From IMG/VR virus record IMGVR_UViG_3300037467_000957, positions 1 to 25,121 of that record: DNA of 25,121 nucleotides; one strand, written 5' to 3'. The first letter of the stretch is position 1; each line of letters begins with the position of its first letter. A model generated the notes under the pieces. The model searched no databases and was not told the DNA's origin. It was given only the letters and a program-made list of their open reading frames with translations. The translations under genes and the position numbers were made by a program. This DNA is from a virus (Duplodnaviria; Caudoviricetes). Below, in pieces: positions 6,726 to 14,827 of this stretch.

Positions 6726-9355
6726 GACGCGCTCAATCCTTGCTGCACCGACAGCAGTATCTTGCCGTCATTGAGAACCGTGTAGGCGATGATGTCGCGG
6801 ACCCCGTTGGTGGTCGAAAGCGTCAGGGTCGAGACCCCGCCTGCGGCGACGTAGCTCGACGCCGTGGGGATGATCAGCGTATCCCCGCCCGTGACCGGGT
6901 ACCATTCGATCACCCCGGATTGGCCCACCTTGGCGTTGCTGGCCGCCCCCAGGGTGCGCGAGCCGCCGACCCCCGAGGTGCCGGTCAGCATGGCGTTGAT
7001 GAAGCTGCTGAAGTCCATCCCCACCGTGGTGGCGTCGGTCAAGACCACGGTGTTGGCATCGCCCCAGACCCCGTCCGGGGTCAGCACTTTGCCAGAGGTG
7101 TTGGCCCGGTAATCCCCCGACGACATGATGTCGTGCGAGGCCGAGGTGCCGAGCGTCGGCAATACCTTGGCCTGCCATTTGCTGGTGCCGTTGTTCCAGT
7201 ACAGCACGTAACCGTCGATGCCCGCGCCTTCGGTGACGCTGACGTCCGACAGTCCCGACAATGGTATCACCGAGGACTGGGAAAACTTAACGAAGGTGAT
7301 GCTGTCGGTACCGACCGTGCCAGTGGCGGCGATCTTGGTGACGTAGCCGCTGCCCTGGTTGACGGTACCTTCTTCGACAAACACGAAGTAGCCGAGCAGC
7401 TCGCTCCAGGTGTTGGCGTCCACCGCCCGGGTCCAGGCCCCGGCGTTGCTGATGTAGACGCCATTCTCCGAAGCGGTGTCCTGATCCTTGACCAGGACGC
7501 GGCTGCTGCTGGTGAGCACGCCGTCGATGGTCTGCTCCCCTGACAGCGTCAGATTGCCGGTCGAAGCGACGAACACCGCCGTGCTGGGGGTGAAGCCGGA
7601 GACCACGCTATCGACGTACTGCTTGGTCGCGGCGTGCAGAGCCAGCGTAGGATCAGCGTCGAGGAATAGCGGGCCGGTGAGTGTCCCTCCCGACAGCTTT
7701 AAAAAGTAGTCGCCATTAACGAAATGCGCCCCGTCGTAATACAACCCCTGCCCGGTCGCTGGGGTGGTGATGACGACATCATCCAGGCTGTCCAGCGCCG
7801 CCAGGATGAATTCCAGCGCGGTCTCCCCGGCGTTGACCCGCACCAGTTTGGCGGCCTGTCCGCTATAGGAGCTGGGGGCGTCGGTGTTGTCGGTGAACTT
7901 AATCGCCTTGAATTCCAGACCGCTGAGGTCGGCTTTGACCCGCACGCTATAGTTTGCCGCCCCGGTGTAGCTGGCAGGGCAATCGGTGAGCTGAATGAAC
8001 TCCGCATCCTCGTAGACGTTGAGCTGGGGATCAAGGTTGTCCCAGCACGCCCCGATCCCGGTCCCAGACGAGGACGAGGCCACGATCACCTTGATCTTAC
8101 GGGTCCCCGGAGGCAGATCGTAATGCAGAGAACCGTAGGTCCAGGTATCCAGCGTACTGCTCAGCGTGCCGCTGTTGACCGAGCCCAGCGTCACCCCGGC
8201 ATCGGTCAGGGCCTGGATCGTGATCAACCCGGTGGTGCCTGCCGTGTGCATGGCAAAGGCCCAGGGCAGGTCAATCGACGAGTTGCTGTCCAACTCGTTG
8301 ATCGTCGCCCCCATGCCGATCAGGTCATAAATCCGGCTGATCTGACCTGCGGTGTGGGTGTCACTGGCGTCCTGGTACATAAAGCCGTCGGAGTACGGCA
8401 GCAGGCTCCCGGCGAGATTGACCGCCGTGTTGTCGGTGCTACCGACGTCGATGGTCCAGCCCGCCAGCGTCCCGGCCGCGAACGCCGCGTTGGTGTCGTT
8501 GGTAAAGATGGTCAGGCGCGGGCCCAGCGACGGCGGCACCACAAACTGCAGCCCGTTCTCGGTGGCGTTGACCTGCAAATACTTGTTGGTCGCGCCGCTG
8601 TAGCTGGACGGAGCCCCGGCCAGGTCGGTGAAGTTGATCGTGCCGCTGATGCTGCCGAATTCCAGCCCGCTTTCGTCGGACTTGACCTTGACCACCTGGC
8701 CTCCCGCTCCGGTGTAGGCGGCGGGGACGTCGGCGAGGTCTTTGAAATTCACCGCCCCCGGACCCCCGCCTGCGGTGCTCCAACTAAACCCGGTGCCGTC
8801 CCAATACGGGTACTGGTTCGCCCCCGGGGTGCCCCAGTTGGCGGTGTCCTCCAGCTTCAATTGATGGAACTCCAGGCCGTCGGGGACGCTGTTGACCCGG
8901 ACGATGTAGCCGCCCGCCCCACTATATGATCCAGGGGCGTCCGACAACCCGAGGAAGGTGCCAGCCAGCGCCGCCACCGCGCTGTCGGCGATCATGTAAA
9001 TCTTGTTGGCCCCGTCGCTGAGCAGGATGCAGGTCGATCCCGACGCCACGTCCACCGTGGTGCTGGGGCTCGCGGTCTTGACGTTGACCTTGTACGACCC
9101 GGTGTTCTTGACCACGAACATCCGGCCGATGTTGGGGATCACCAGATGCTTGGTGGCGTCAGCCTGCCCCGACACTGTAAAGGCGAAATTGGACTGAAAA
9201 TCGGCGGTCACCAGGGTGGCGTCCCCAGCGGTCAAGCTGACTGCCAGGCTGGAATTCAACGCCTGTTCCAAACGCAGGAAGGCGTTGTTGATCGTGGTCT
9301 CTTTATTGTTCTGGTTGGGTGCGACCTCGGTAATTCCAAGTATGGGGGTGTCCAT
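6722..9355 (-). CDS. Tail fibre protein
   Basis: Start MDTPILGITEVAPNQNNKETTINNAFLRLE (DUF2793-like attachment N-terminus). Fibre motifs LKLSGGTLTGPL..DPT..LHAATKQYVD and LSGEQTIDGV..RVLVKDQ..ENGVY, plus internal repeats. Confidence 0.85.
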   Translation of the reverse strand: MDTPILGITEVAPNQNNKETTINNAFLRLEQALNSSLAVSLTAGDATLVTADFQSNFAFTVSGQADATKHLVIPNIGRMFVVKNTGSYKVNVKTASPSTTVDVASGSTCILLSDGANKIYMIADSAVAALAGTFLGLSDAPGSYSGAGGYIVRVNSVPDGLEFHQLKLEDTANWGTPGANQYPYWDGTGFSWSTAGGGPGAVNFKDLADVPAAYTGAGGQVVKVKSDESGLEFGSISGTINFTDLAGAPSSYSGATNKYLQVNATENGLQFVVPPSLGPRLTIFTNDTNAAFAAGTLAGWTIDVGSTDNTAVNLAGSLLPYSDGFMYQDASDTHTAGQISRIYDLIGMGATINELDSNSSIDLPWAFAMHTAGTTGLITIQALTDAGVTLGSVNSGTLSSTLDTWTYGSLHYDLPPGTRKIKVIVASSSSGTGIGACWDNLDPQLNVYEDAEFIQLTDCPASYTGAANYSVRVKADLSGLEFKAIKFTDNTDAPSSYSGQAAKLVRVNAGETALEFILAALDSLDDVVITTPATGQGLYYDGAHFVNGDYFLKLSGGTLTGPLFLDADPTLALHAATKQYVDSVVSGFTPSTAVFVASTGNLTLSGEQTIDGVLTSSSRVLVKDQDTASENGVYISNAGAWTRAVDANTWSELLGYFVFVEEGTVNQGSGYVTKIAATGTVGTDSITFVKFSQSSVIPLSGLSDVSVTEGAGIDGYVLYWNNGTSKWQAKVLPTLGTSASHDIMSSGDYRANTSGKVLTPDGVWGDANTVVLTDATTVGMDFSSFINAMLTGTSGVGGSRTLGAASNAKVGQSGVIEWYPVTGGDTLIIPTASSYVAAGGVSTLTLSTTNGVRDIIAYTVLNDGKILLSVQQGLSAS
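7808..8956 (-). repeat. Five 30-aa repeats F.DL.D.P.SY.G.....V.V.....GLEF in the tail fibre
   Basis: Copies at about 8867-8956, 8657-8746, 8543-8632, 7910-7999 and 7808-7897. Confidence 0.85.
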
Positions 9356-9357
9356 GG

Positions 9358-9861
9358 CTAAGCGGCCTTTCCGACATGGGCCCACTTAAGGCCCTTAAGC
9401 GCGAGTTGCATCGTTGACTGAGAGACGTTGTACTTACGCGCCAGTGCCCTGCCGCCAAATTCAGGGTCACGCGGTACGTAAATCTCGCGAACTTCTCGCA
9501 CGATTTCTGCGGTAAGTTTTGATTTAACGTGTTGCTCGCCCCTGTGAGTAACTACCCGGCCTTTTGCAACCATGTCATCCATGTTGTCTTGATGCGTGCC
9601 AGAGAACAGATGCCCAGGATTGCAGCAAGGCTTGTTGTCGCATTCGTGCAAAACCATCTTGCGTTCAGGTATGGGTCCTTTCGTGCACGTAAAAGCAAAC
9701 TTATGTGCCGTGACGTTCTTTCCATGTGCCCAAAATTGTCCATAGCCGGTGTTCTTGTGCAAAGCGCCAAGATAAGGCCAGCAAGCATCAGGACCCCCAT
9801 ACTGGTCTACACGAGACCAGAACCGTGCCACGGTTTCTTCATGCGTAGGAGTGTCCGTCAT
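9358..9861 (-). CDS. HNH homing endonuclease with C-terminal HTH
   Basis: RFWSRVD..CW..G, AHK, VLHECDNKPCCNPGHL..GT..DN..DM..KGR, then KLT..IV.E.R...LARKYNVSQST. Lower GC than the flanks. Confidence 0.9.
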   Translation of the reverse strand: MTDTPTHEETVARFWSRVDQYGGPDACWPYLGALHKNTGYGQFWAHGKNVTAHKFAFTCTKGPIPERKMVLHECDNKPCCNPGHLFSGTHQDNMDDMVAKGRVVTHRGEQHVKSKLTAEIVREVREIYVPRDPEFGGRALARKYNVSQSTMQLALKGLKWAHVGKAA

Positions 9862-9876
9862 GTCAATTTAGCCCCC

Positions 9877-9894
9877 AGTGCAATTAATTGCACT
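9877..9894. repeat. Palindromic motif copy 3 (AGTGCAATTAATTGCACT, 18-bp perfect)
   Basis: Between the two HNH genes; overlaps the TAG of 9893..10384 and abuts the SD of 9358..9861. Confidence 0.9.
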
Positions 9895-10384
9895 ACACAT
9901 GCGCCCAGTGCTTACCGCTTACTGCTTTACGAATGGTGTCAGGTGACACCCCTAATTTTTTAGCTAGAGCTACATAACTGAACTCGGGATGACGCGGCAC
10001 GTAAAGCTCACGAACAATCACCACATCATCCTCAGTTAACTTGGCTGTAGGTTTGGCGCTACCAACGCATCCCTTTTGCCGCCCCTTAGCAACCATATCT
10101 TCTATGTTGCCGATAACAGTGCTACACGATAGATGTTCTGGATTACAACAACGGGGCGTGTCGCACGAATGCATCACAATATCCCCAGGTGCCAGCGCCT
10201 TGCCCGTAGCAAATTCGTAAGCGACGTTTGACGCCACACGCTGCCTACCATTAAGCCAGAATAACCCGTACGGATGCTTAAGTTCAGTTGAGCCTAAATA
10301 CAGCCAGCAGCTATCAAGGCCGCCTGCTTGATCGACCTTGGACCAAAAACGTCCAACATTACGTTTGTGTGTCGGTTTTCGCAT
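9893..10384 (-). CDS. HNH homing endonuclease with C-terminal HTH (paralog)
   Basis: RFWSKVD..CW..G, VMHSCDTPRCCNPEHL, N.EDMVAKGR, AKLTEDDV...LAKKLGVSPDTIR. Lower GC than the flanks. Confidence 0.88.
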   Translation of the reverse strand: MRKPTHKRNVGRFWSKVDQAGGLDSCWLYLGSTELKHPYGLFWLNGRQRVASNVAYEFATGKALAPGDIVMHSCDTPRCCNPEHLSCSTVIGNIEDMVAKGRQKGCVGSAKPTAKLTEDDVVIVRELYVPRHPEFSYVALAKKLGVSPDTIRKAVSGKHWAHV

Positions 10385-10394
10385 GCCATCTCTA

Positions 10395-13300
10395 CTATCT
10401 GTACGCAGGACGATCCGTCTCTAGTTTCTTTGACACCCCGGGGAACCCGACCCCGACGCTGCTGGAGACCTGGTACACCACCGCGTAGAACGCCTGGGTA
10501 TTGCTCACCCCATCGGTCGCCTTCATCGCAGCCGTGTACACCGCGCTATTGGTCGTGACGTCAGCGAGCACTCTGACATATTGCGTCGTGTCTGTGGGGT
10601 CGAAGGTCAGCGGATCGACCGTGGTGGTGCGAATATAGACCCGATACAGCTCGCTCTCCTCGTTCAGCGGCACGGTGCCGGTGCCGTCCTGCATCTGGCC
10701 GTTGTAACGGGTACGGCGCTGCCAGCTGATGGTGGAATTGTAGCTGACGTCATCGCTGCGCTCGATGTCGTTGGGGGCATAGGGTCGCATCACATTGGCT
10801 TTGAACGTAAAGGTCGCGGCCGGGTTGAGGTTGCCGAACACGCTGAAGGTGTTGAGCCTAGCGGTGATGGCGGCATTCAGCTGGGTCGGGTCCATTTCCG
10901 CGATCCCGGTCGAGCCGGTCTGGATGATCTGGAATTTCTCCGCGACGCCGTGATCGTTGCACCAGTTCTCGGTGCCGCGATGCCCCCGGATCAGGTTGCT
11001 CAAGGTCACGGTGTGGTCGTCGTTCAAGGTCACGGTCTTGAACAGGATGACCTCGCCGCCGATCACCACCATGTTGCTGTCGTTGGGCCAGACGTCGTCT
11101 TCAATGGTCTGCCACTCGTAGGTCAACGCGGCGTCGTAGTCATAACGCGGGGCCAGGATGATTTGGGTGGTGTCGTCCTGGACGTACGGCCCGTTGGGAG
11201 GCGCGGCAACGACGTTCTTGACGATGCCCCACGGCATGTCGGCGGTGACGATGCCCTTACCGACCCAATCGGTGTTTGAAGTCTTCATCTGCAGCTCGGC
11301 CCCGGAAAACCCGGGACCCCAGGCCCCTGCGCCCCAGTACACCGGCCACTGCCCACCAATGTGCGAGGCGTCGGCGTCTTCCAGCAGGGGAACGTCCATC
11401 ACCAGGGCCTGCGACACCGGATCGGGCAGCCCAGGGATCGAGATCGAAGAGCCTGGCTGCGCGCCGGTCCCCACCGGGTCGTAGGGGTTGTGCAGGTTCT
11501 CGGCGACCACGACGTCGGTGTAATACGGCTGCACCTGGCACACCGTTTGTAAATCCTGGGCGAGGTTGGCCCCGACATCCTGCTGGATGATGCGGTCCAC
11601 CATGGTCAAACCGTTGTCGAGATGCACGGTGATGACGTCGGTGGGGTCGAGCGCCAGATACTCGACCGGCAGCACGTATTTATGGTTGACCCGCTCGTTC
11701 CAGGCCGCGATGCAGATGGTTTCGGCCATTTTGGCGGCGTCGTCATTGGTCATCGCCACCGGCACGTTGATGTCGAGGTTTTCCCGGGACTGCATCACCG
11801 ACATCGGCGAAATCGGTCGCCGGTAAATCTGGGACCCCAACTGGAAATCGGCTTTCGGATCAACAAACGACACAGTCACCATCTGCGGGAGGTCGATCTC
11901 CTGGTGCCGGGTCTCCTCATAGCAGGCGTTGGCGTCATCCGGGCCGTTGCCACCACCGCTCTCGCCGCCGACAATGCCGAGGTGATCCTCGGTGATCGTT
12001 ACCGCCGAGGCCCCGCCCCGGGAGACGAATTTGATCACCCCGTCGCTCTCACAGGCGTCGAAGAAGAACAGCGAGGCCAGGTCTTCGATGATCTTGCGCG
12101 CCGGGGTCGGGTTGTCGATACCGAACCCGGTGATTTCCTTGTCGTTGAAGAACGTGAAGTTCAGCTTGGTGCTGTCGATCCCCGCCCGCTTGGCGGCATC
12201 GGTAATGATGTCGCTGGCGAACACCTTCTGCTGCTCGAACTTGTTGGGAAACAGCTTGTACCAGCCCCATTTCTGCACACCACCGATGTACATCATGCCC
12301 CAATAGACAAAGCCACCAAGGTTCTCCAGATACCATTGTGGCCCCACCGGCTTGGCGACGACCTTCTGCCCGGGGTGCTGATCATAATTGTAATCCGGCA
12401 ATTCTTCGATGGTGAACGAGCCTGTGCGGACGTCAATCGTGATCAGCTGGGTGCCACCACCATTATAGTTCAGGAACATGAACCGGGTCCCGGCTAATAC
12501 CGGGATAATGTCGCAACGCAGTCCGAAATACGTATTGTTGAGATCATTGGTAAGATGCCGTAGCCAGACCTGGTTGCCGGTGGCATCGAGGCCGAAGGCC
12601 CAGATGCCCTGTGCTGGCCCCGATCCCGAATTATCGCTGACAAACACCAGATAGATGAACATATCGGCTCCGGTGCTCCATACCGGGCCCATGCCGCGCT
12701 GGTCCCAGTACACCGGATGCGTCGCTAGCTTGGGAGTGTCGAACAGTAATCCTCCGTCAGCCGTCCATATTCTCGCGCGCTTTTGAAAGCCGCCGTCACG
12801 AATAAACATGGTCCCGGCGCTGCCACCGCCTGCAGCCACCAGCCACGCTCCGACCCCACCTACTTCTGGCCCGATATCGGGGGGGAAATTCATCGGCAGC
12901 ACGTCGCCAGCCCCGCCACCGAGTGATAGAAACCCTGTCCCAGCCGTCATCGACCCCATATCATCAGGGGTTACCAACGCCACCGTCTGCTTGGGGAATA
13001 CTGCGTAAGTGCCGGTATCCCAACTCGACCCGTAAACGGGATCAAATTCTATGATGAATTGGCAAAAATACTGGAAAGTAAAAGGCTCGTTGACGTCTAC
13101 GTAAGGCTCCCCGCCGACTGCCAACGTGCCGTTACCAGTGTACCCAATAACCGGTCCACCGGGGCCAAATATCGGTCCTGGGGGAAAGGGCATCCCGCTG
13201 AGAAACGAGCCGGTCTCAAAACGACTGATCTCCTTTTCCTGGATGAAATCCCAGGTGCGAACGCCGTAGACCAAGGCCTTGGTGGGATGGCTCCAGCTGA

Positions 13301-14375
13301 TCACCTGGCACAGCAACCCGCGTGCCGGGTCAATCACCGCACGCATATCCCCAGAAAGTGCCGGAACACTGCCCAGGATACCGGCACCGGCATCGACCTC
13401 GGGGATACCAAAATAATCACCGGAAATCGGCTCAAACATCGAGATTATCGGGTTGCGCACCAGATCGGTGGTGACCTCGGCGGTGATGGTCGGGATGCGG
13501 TTGCCAAAATCCATTAACGGCATGTGTTCAAAGAACAGGTAGCACATGCCCCGGTAAGCTGGGGTGTTGGCGTCCCCTGACCGTGCGACCATGAAGGGGT
13601 CTTTGGCCTGTTCTTCACCGCCGCCATAAAACCGAAACTGGAAGGCCCCGCTATCGGCGTTGTCGGCCTTCTTGTTGGCGCTCGCGCCCTTCTTGCCCCC
13701 GGAATTAGCGCTCTCCTGCGAGAACCCGATGTTGACCACCGGGTGAAACACGCCGTGGTCGTCGTAATAGCCCTGATCAAACCAGACGCCCTGGCTGTCG
13801 TAACCGCCTTGGTTGTTGAGCTGATTGTAGATGCAGTTGCTGTCGGCCCAAATGCGCAGGAGCCCAGCGATGGGGGCTCCGGTGCGGGTTTCCCGGTTGG
13901 GGTCACCCAAGCCGAACATACCCAGCAACCCCGAGATCAAAGTCTGCGAGTTTGGGTTATAGGTGCCGTCATTGAACCCGACATCGTTGCCGCTGACGTT
14001 CGACGTGCCTTCGCACAGCCCCATGGCGAAGTTGGCATAGTACTTGTAGACGACCTGGGCCTGGCCCTTGCCGACCTTCTTGTTGCCCTTCTTGCCGTCG
14101 CCCTTCTCTTTGCCCTTCTTGCCGACGATGTGCTTCACTTCCTCGATGTCGGTGGCCCAGAACATGTTGCCAGTGCAGCGCCAGGAGCCATAGCAGATGG
14201 TGATGCCGCGCCCGTACGACGAGGACGACACCTTGAGGTCAGACAGCCGCTGGACATACTGCTGCTTCTTGCTGGAGAACAGGAACTGCAGCGCCACCCC
14301 GGCCGCCATCAGCCCGATCTTCGGGAGCAGGCCGCCCATCAGGGCCGATGCACCAAATGCGACGCCCAGCTCCAT
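10395..14375 (-). CDS. Tail tip / host-specificity protein (GTA gp15 'megatron'-like)
   Basis: SSYGRGITICYG.WR.TGNMFWA, PAYRGMCYLFFEHMPLMDFGNRIPTITAEV, FFDACESDGVIKFVSRG, LSNLIRGHRGTE, WQRRTR, PLNEESELY, YQVSSSVGVGFP. Confidence 0.9.
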   Translation of the reverse strand: MELGVAFGASALMGGLLPKIGLMAAGVALQFLFSSKKQQYVQRLSDLKVSSSSYGRGITICYGSWRCTGNMFWATDIEEVKHIVGKKGKEKGDGKKGNKKVGKGQAQVVYKYYANFAMGLCEGTSNVSGNDVGFNDGTYNPNSQTLISGLLGMFGLGDPNRETRTGAPIAGLLRIWADSNCIYNQLNNQGGYDSQGVWFDQGYYDDHGVFHPVVNIGFSQESANSGGKKGASANKKADNADSGAFQFRFYGGGEEQAKDPFMVARSGDANTPAYRGMCYLFFEHMPLMDFGNRIPTITAEVTTDLVRNPIISMFEPISGDYFGIPEVDAGAGILGSVPALSGDMRAVIDPARGLLCQVISWSHPTKALVYGVRTWDFIQEKEISRFETGSFLSGMPFPPGPIFGPGGPVIGYTGNGTLAVGGEPYVDVNEPFTFQYFCQFIIEFDPVYGSSWDTGTYAVFPKQTVALVTPDDMGSMTAGTGFLSLGGGAGDVLPMNFPPDIGPEVGGVGAWLVAAGGGSAGTMFIRDGGFQKRARIWTADGGLLFDTPKLATHPVYWDQRGMGPVWSTGADMFIYLVFVSDNSGSGPAQGIWAFGLDATGNQVWLRHLTNDLNNTYFGLRCDIIPVLAGTRFMFLNYNGGGTQLITIDVRTGSFTIEELPDYNYDQHPGQKVVAKPVGPQWYLENLGGFVYWGMMYIGGVQKWGWYKLFPNKFEQQKVFASDIITDAAKRAGIDSTKLNFTFFNDKEITGFGIDNPTPARKIIEDLASLFFFDACESDGVIKFVSRGGASAVTITEDHLGIVGGESGGGNGPDDANACYEETRHQEIDLPQMVTVSFVDPKADFQLGSQIYRRPISPMSVMQSRENLDINVPVAMTNDDAAKMAETICIAAWNERVNHKYVLPVEYLALDPTDVITVHLDNGLTMVDRIIQQDVGANLAQDLQTVCQVQPYYTDVVVAENLHNPYDPVGTGAQPGSSISIPGLPDPVSQALVMDVPLLEDADASHIGGQWPVYWGAGAWGPGFSGAELQMKTSNTDWVGKGIVTADMPWGIVKNVVAAPPNGPYVQDDTTQIILAPRYDYDAALTYEWQTIEDDVWPNDSNMVVIGGEVILFKTVTLNDDHTVTLSNLIRGHRGTENWCNDHGVAEKFQIIQTGSTGIAEMDPTQLNAAITARLNTFSVFGNLNPAATFTFKANVMRPYAPNDIERSDDVSYNSTISWQRRTRYNGQMQDGTGTVPLNEESELYRVYIRTTTVDPLTFDPTDTTQYVRVLADVTTNSAVYTAAMKATDGVSNTQAFYAVVYQVSSSVGVGFPGVSKKLETDRPAYR

Positions 14376-14827
14376 CAGATTACTCCCGGAAATTCCCTGA
14401 CGTTGACGATGTTGTTGTAGTGCGGGCTCAGTGGGTCAACCACCACCTTGCGGGCGCGGATCGAGGCGTGGATCATCCGGGGAGGCCCGTCCTTCTCCAT
14501 CACGGCGAAGCCGGTGTGCCACGGAAACATCCCAGAGCGCAGCAGCAGGATCGTCCCGGTGCGAATGCAATTAATTGCACCGGGTTCGGTCTGGCCGATG
14601 ACGTAGTCCCGGTACGGTTCAGGGTCGGGAGCCCGCGCGGTGTAGTCCAGGGTCTCCTCAAACGCATACCCCAGGTCCCGCGCCACCCCGGTCAACAGCC
14701 CGATGCAGTCGATACCCTGGGACTTGTCACGGCCGAGAAACTTCCAGCGCACCCCGACATACGCCATCGCGGCGGCGAGCACCTCGGCCCGGGTCACCGG
14801 TTTACTTGGACGACGAGCTTTGTCCAC
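14375..14827 (-). CDS. NlpC/P60 family tail-associated peptidase (GTA gp14-like)
   Basis: GTG start with SD GGAGGAGG; GIDCIGL catalytic Cys, WHTGF His, MIHAS; lies between hub and tip genes. Confidence 0.88.
   Translation of the reverse strand: MDKARRPSKPVTRAEVLAAAMAYVGVRWKFLGRDKSQGIDCIGLLTGVARDLGYAFEETLDYTARAPDPEPYRDYVIGQTEPGAINCIRTGTILLLRSGMFPWHTGFAVMEKDGPPRMIHASIRARKVVVDPLSPHYNNIVNVREFPGVI
14566..14580. repeat. Palindromic motif copy 4, intragenic (TGCAATTAATTGCAC)
   Basis: Inside the NlpC/P60 gene, encoding G-A-I-N-C-I. Overlaps the inverted repeat CCCGGTGC (14555-14562) / GCACCGGG (14577-14584). Confidence 0.9.

Noticed and set aside
3457-9355. Diversity-generating retroelement or invertible cassette acting on the fibre genes
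   Set aside because: No reverse transcriptase or invertase, no TR/VR pair and no inverted gene segments in the window; fibre repeats are diverged at DNA level.
9385-9399. CTTAAG-GCC-CTTAAG as a CtrA box
   Set aside because: The TTAA half-sites are 5 nt apart rather than 7, and the site lies in the HNH coding end.
9358-10394. Group I intron carrying the HNH genes
   Set aside because: Both flanking genes appear complete, and the gaps are only 2-31 nt, too small for a ribozyme core.
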